64,000 bases of DNA, from contig OX597831.1 of assembly GCA_951406725.2 (NCBI GenBank), positions 17,360,001-17,424,000 of the forward strand. The letters run 5' to 3'. Position numbers and translations under genes: made by a program. The notes below the pieces were generated by a model. The model saw nothing but the letters and a program-made list of their open reading frames with translations. It had not been told where the DNA came from and searched no databases. Below are positions 60,006 to 64,000 of this stretch, piece after piece. This DNA is from Octopus vulgaris. Lineage: Eukaryota. The first letter of the stretch is position 1. Each line of letters starts with the position of its first letter.

Positions 60006-61961
60006 GAAAACACAATTGCAGATGAACATAAGTATACACTTCTAAGAAGAACAAAATAGTATAATAGGAGAAAGAAGACACACCAAAGCGAAAAGTGGCG
60101 ACAGATGTGTGACAAAAACCAAGTGGTCACACATGTATGAGGAAAAATACCAGGACAATAGAGAGGAGTTAAAATTAAAAGAATAATAACAGCAAGAAAA
60201 GAATGAAGAAACATATATATAGTGTGTGTGTTTTTTATTTGGGAAAAGAATATAATAGCAGAACAATCGTTTCGGCTTCGGACTGTGGGTGTGGTATGAT
60301 GTTATAACACCAGATGCAACTCTAAGTGCAGTAGGCCCTATTCAGGCTATATAACATGCGTTAAAGTTTTACATTTCAGTTTCTCTGCCAGCAATACACA
60401 CACATATATATATATATAGCAGTGCAGATCCATTTGTTACTGTAAGAAAAATTAGGGTCAGGGACAAAATAAAAAAATAAATATACAAACTATCAAGCAT
60501 GAATCAGGGTGGGGCTGTTTAAATTTGTAATGAAAAACCATTTGATAGTTAAATAAAAAAGTAAATATTTCTAAGTATATGGTGTATATGGAGGGACAAG
60601 AGAATGAAAGGCTACAGCGCGTGTAAGCTTTTGAAATATGACTGGGGCAATCAAGGAGAACACTGTGGTTAGATTAAGGCAATTAGAATTTGTGGAGTCG
60701 TAGCTTTACGCCCATACACAGACAGACACACAAAGACATTTATATGTATATGTGAACGCGAGGCCTCACTCTTATACGCTCATATATAGATACATATAAA
60801 CACACTTTTACACACTTCTAATAGGCAAACAAACAACCTTAGAATTTCCAACTTAGATTTCAAAAGAAATTTTGGGATATTACATCTGAACTGGATTTGC
60901 ACTCTTTCAGCCAAAAAGTCTAATTTATTCAGTACATTCACATAAGGTTTGGAATTCTCAGTTATTTTCTATTTTATCACATGCGCTATTTCGTTAATTT
61001 TCATTGTCGAAGCGTTGCTGACAAACTTCGTAGCTTTACATTTAGCCGTATGCCGTAAGGGGGCAAATTAATTGACAGAGCGATATTTATATTCACTATC
61101 ACATAATCCAATATAGGCCTTCGTATCAGTCGTAATATTTGTTAGGAATGCAGTAACGTTTGCCTCATATATGATAGATTTAGTCATGCATCGTTGGTCA
61201 ATAAAGATGGTCCTGGGCTGCGACATTTGCAACCAGATGTAAGCTATTGCAATTGACCACGTTTAATTATACTCTCTATATTGGGGCACTCTATTATAAA
61301 TGTTATTATTACTAAGAAGAATCTTAAATATCGGCAAAATCAATTTATTTGGTTCACCACACATATTGCTGTCTTAGACAAACACTTTCCAGCAACTCCC
61401 AGTGAGAGAAAATATTCAATTGGTGTTCGGTAACCTTATCTGCTGCCACAATATGAAGTCTATCATTACAGGTGGTCAATACCAAGAGCCTGAATCCAGT
61501 AGTAATTGTCGCCACGAATAATCCGGTTCACTTAAACAACAATGTATGATGAAATCTATCGTTTAAGTTGCAGAGGTTAGTGCAACAGTAAATAATAATA
61601 ATAAAATTGATAAAAATGCGAAATAAGTATAACGCGTTAATTCTATTCGAAACTGAGGCGACATATTTATCAAATAAATCCTGAAGATGTTTCTGTCATG
61701 CTGCTTATTAACTGTTATTACATATAATGTATGTCGAAATGTTCAAGAAGGGGAATAAAGGATTAATAAAAAAGAAGATTCAGGATGAGACATTATGTAC
61801 AATGAGATGAATAAGTTGGAATAACCGAAAGTCTGGAAATTGGAAAATGCAGTGAACATTGCTATAGAAAAGGCCCCGCACTTAATTTGCATATATAACT
61901 GCGTGTATATGTGCACGTGTAGAAACGTGTTTGTATCTATGTATATTCACACTTCTGGTTT

Positions 61962-62060
<99 letters not shown>

Positions 62061-62306
62061 TTTTATTCGTTTACTTGCTTCAGTCATATTACTCCAGCCA
62101 TGCTAGAGGACGGTCATAATGTTTTTAAGGCGCAGAAATAGACCCAGCCCTTATTTTTTTTTAAACTAGTACTTACTCTTTTATTTACTTTTTCGCAAGC
62201 CGGCCAATTAACGTGACATAACCAAATCAGAATCGGTTGACAAGCGATGGTGGAATGACAAAGACAGGCACACACACACACACACACACACAGCGAAACA
62301 CACATG

Positions 62307-62346
<40 letters not shown>

Positions 62347-62408
62347 TAATAGAAATATTAAAATTACTAAGTCTCTCTAAAAGAGAACAACGGCAGCGTT
62401 CCCGGAAA

Positions 62409-62549
62409 ATAATAGTTATCGCCATACTAATATGGCATTCTTATAAAAATAAGAATAAAGCTGTCCGCTTATTAGAATGGAGTTAATAAGCGGACAGCTT
62501 TATTCTTATTTTTATAAGAATGCCATATTAGTATGGCGATAACTATTAT
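62409..62549. repeat. Perfect 66-bp-arm hairpin with 9-nt loop
   Basis: ataatagttatcgcc...cttatta gaatggagt taataag...ggcgataactattat. Confidence 0.93.
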
Positions 62550-62600
62550 ATATAGATATATATATGTATATACATATATACATACATACATAATCACAAA

Positions 62601-62641
<41 letters not shown>

Positions 62642-62645
62642 TACT

Positions 62646-62679
<34 letters not shown>

Positions 62680-62711
62680 CATATATACATACATACATAC
62701 TTAATCACAAA

Positions 62712-62757
<46 letters not shown>

Positions 62758-63849
62758 TCCTACTTATATATATAAGCATCCGTCTGCCAAATACCCTCAC
62801 AAGGCATTCGCCGGCCAGAGACCATAGTTGTCACTTGCACATGGTGAGACTAAACTTCTGTTAGTAGCGCTTTAATAAAGGCGTTGTACTGATTCAGGTA
62901 AAGCGAACTTTATATTGCACGGAGGATAATATTGCGGTCAAAGTTATACAATTGTAATAACTGACAACCTGAATTTCAAAAATATATCGAAGAACAAGTA
63001 AAGCTGATGGTGTTTCAATACGTCGCCAGACAGAAATTACGAGTTCAAGCGTGCTGGAGATTCAATCACAGGTGAGACGTCACTAACGCAGAACCAGGGA
63101 ACATCGAGGTACCGAAGTTCCCCACTCCAAACTGATGGCGTTTAAATATGGCAAATATTGTACGGGATGTGGACGTAAAATATTTCTAGTAATGCATATT
63201 TTTCCCGTTATATATTAGCAAGATGATAATAATGTATTATTTTCGTTAGATATTTGTTGCAAGGAGTCAGGTAAACATGCTGCTTTAGTGTACAACTTTA
63301 GACTTTAGATTTCTGGAGAAATAATACCATCGAAGAATGAAAATTCTATGCAAACCAAGACAGAGGGAAAGTATATATATATAAACTTAGAATAATCTGC
63401 CCCAAATGCTCTGAAATTGTGTTCTATAGGAAACCCGAAAATCATCTCCCCGTCAGATCCTTGAAACTCTCATTCTGAAATTTCACGTCCACATGCTGTC
63501 ACAGACTAACCGTTTCTGTCAGATTTTCATTAAAAAATATATATTGAGTATATTTAAGGGAGTTTTAAAAAGAACCCACAATATCTATTTCCTATGATTT
63601 TACGAACATGGAAATCATAGTAAATTATTCTAAGATTCTTATAGTGCCGCCTGCAGTGGCGAGGACAGCAGATCAATTTCCCTTCAACATTAAATGTCCT
63701 GAAAAAACGGTATCTATAGCGTAATTTGTCACAAACCTAAAATAAATACTTGTAAATTATTTTAAAGGAAGTAACGTCTTGATTATGTCGTCTTGTCGTG
63801 CATTGGATTGATTCATCACGAAATTAATGCCATCTGGGCAGCACCGTGT

Positions 63850-64000
63850 ATTTTAATCCCATATATATGATAGCAGAAAAGCTCAATAAAAAATGTTGCT
63901 TCTTAAACTCATAAATTCTAAATAACTGACGTGCAAACACAATATTTCATCATGAACAATAAACATTTAAAGAATTTATAGTCATAAATATACGGAGTGT
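63850..64000 (+). promoter_or_regulatory. Promoter region of a further family member (gene C) starting just beyond the window
   Basis: Near-identical to 44160-44309, upstream of gene B. Confidence 0.6.

Larger units (their letters stand above)
59095..64000 (+). repeat. Segmental duplication copy 2 (orphan exon-5 copy 59670-59690 plus gene C upstream region)
   Basis: Collinear with 39378-44310. The window ends in the promoter about 90 nt before the expected exon-1 ATG. Confidence 0.9.

Noticed and set aside
59622-60029. 135-aa minus-strand ORF in the duplicated block
   Set aside because: Frame not preserved in copy 1 (two 1-nt indels), and it begins in a (TG)n tract.

Overview
AT-rich, microsatellite-saturated metazoan DNA. 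The SINE, Dong-R4 and Penelope repertoire looks like an octopus/cephalopod genome (inference). Most ORF-track hits are microsatellite or transposon read-through. Hidden between the repeats is a tandem cluster of small multi-exon genes that the ORF track misses. I reconstructed them by hand from matching exon lengths, intron phases and splice sites. Gene D (minus strand, 5 exons, 26821->13025, 107 aa) has a signal peptide, a six-cysteine domain (C-x7-C-x13-C-x8-C-x8-C-x9-C) and a GPI-anchor-like tail. Gene A (plus strand, 29955->39775) has the same 100/85/27-nt internal exons and the same Cys framework, only about 28% identity to D, and an apparently frameshifted tail. Gene B (plus strand, 44397->46720) is heavily remodelled. 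The promoter of a further copy (C) sits at the window end inside a ~4.9-kb segmental duplication, and several orphan exon relics are scattered through the cluster. Mobile elements: a near-complete and a truncated Tx1-clade LINE, both inserted in (GATA)n; several R4/Dong LINEs and a 440-bp non-coding element, mostly in (TAA)n; Penelope-like relics with minimal hammerhead motifs, one family carrying a tRNA-like Pol III head; two long hairpins; and Tc1/mariner, CR1 and tRNA-SINE relics.
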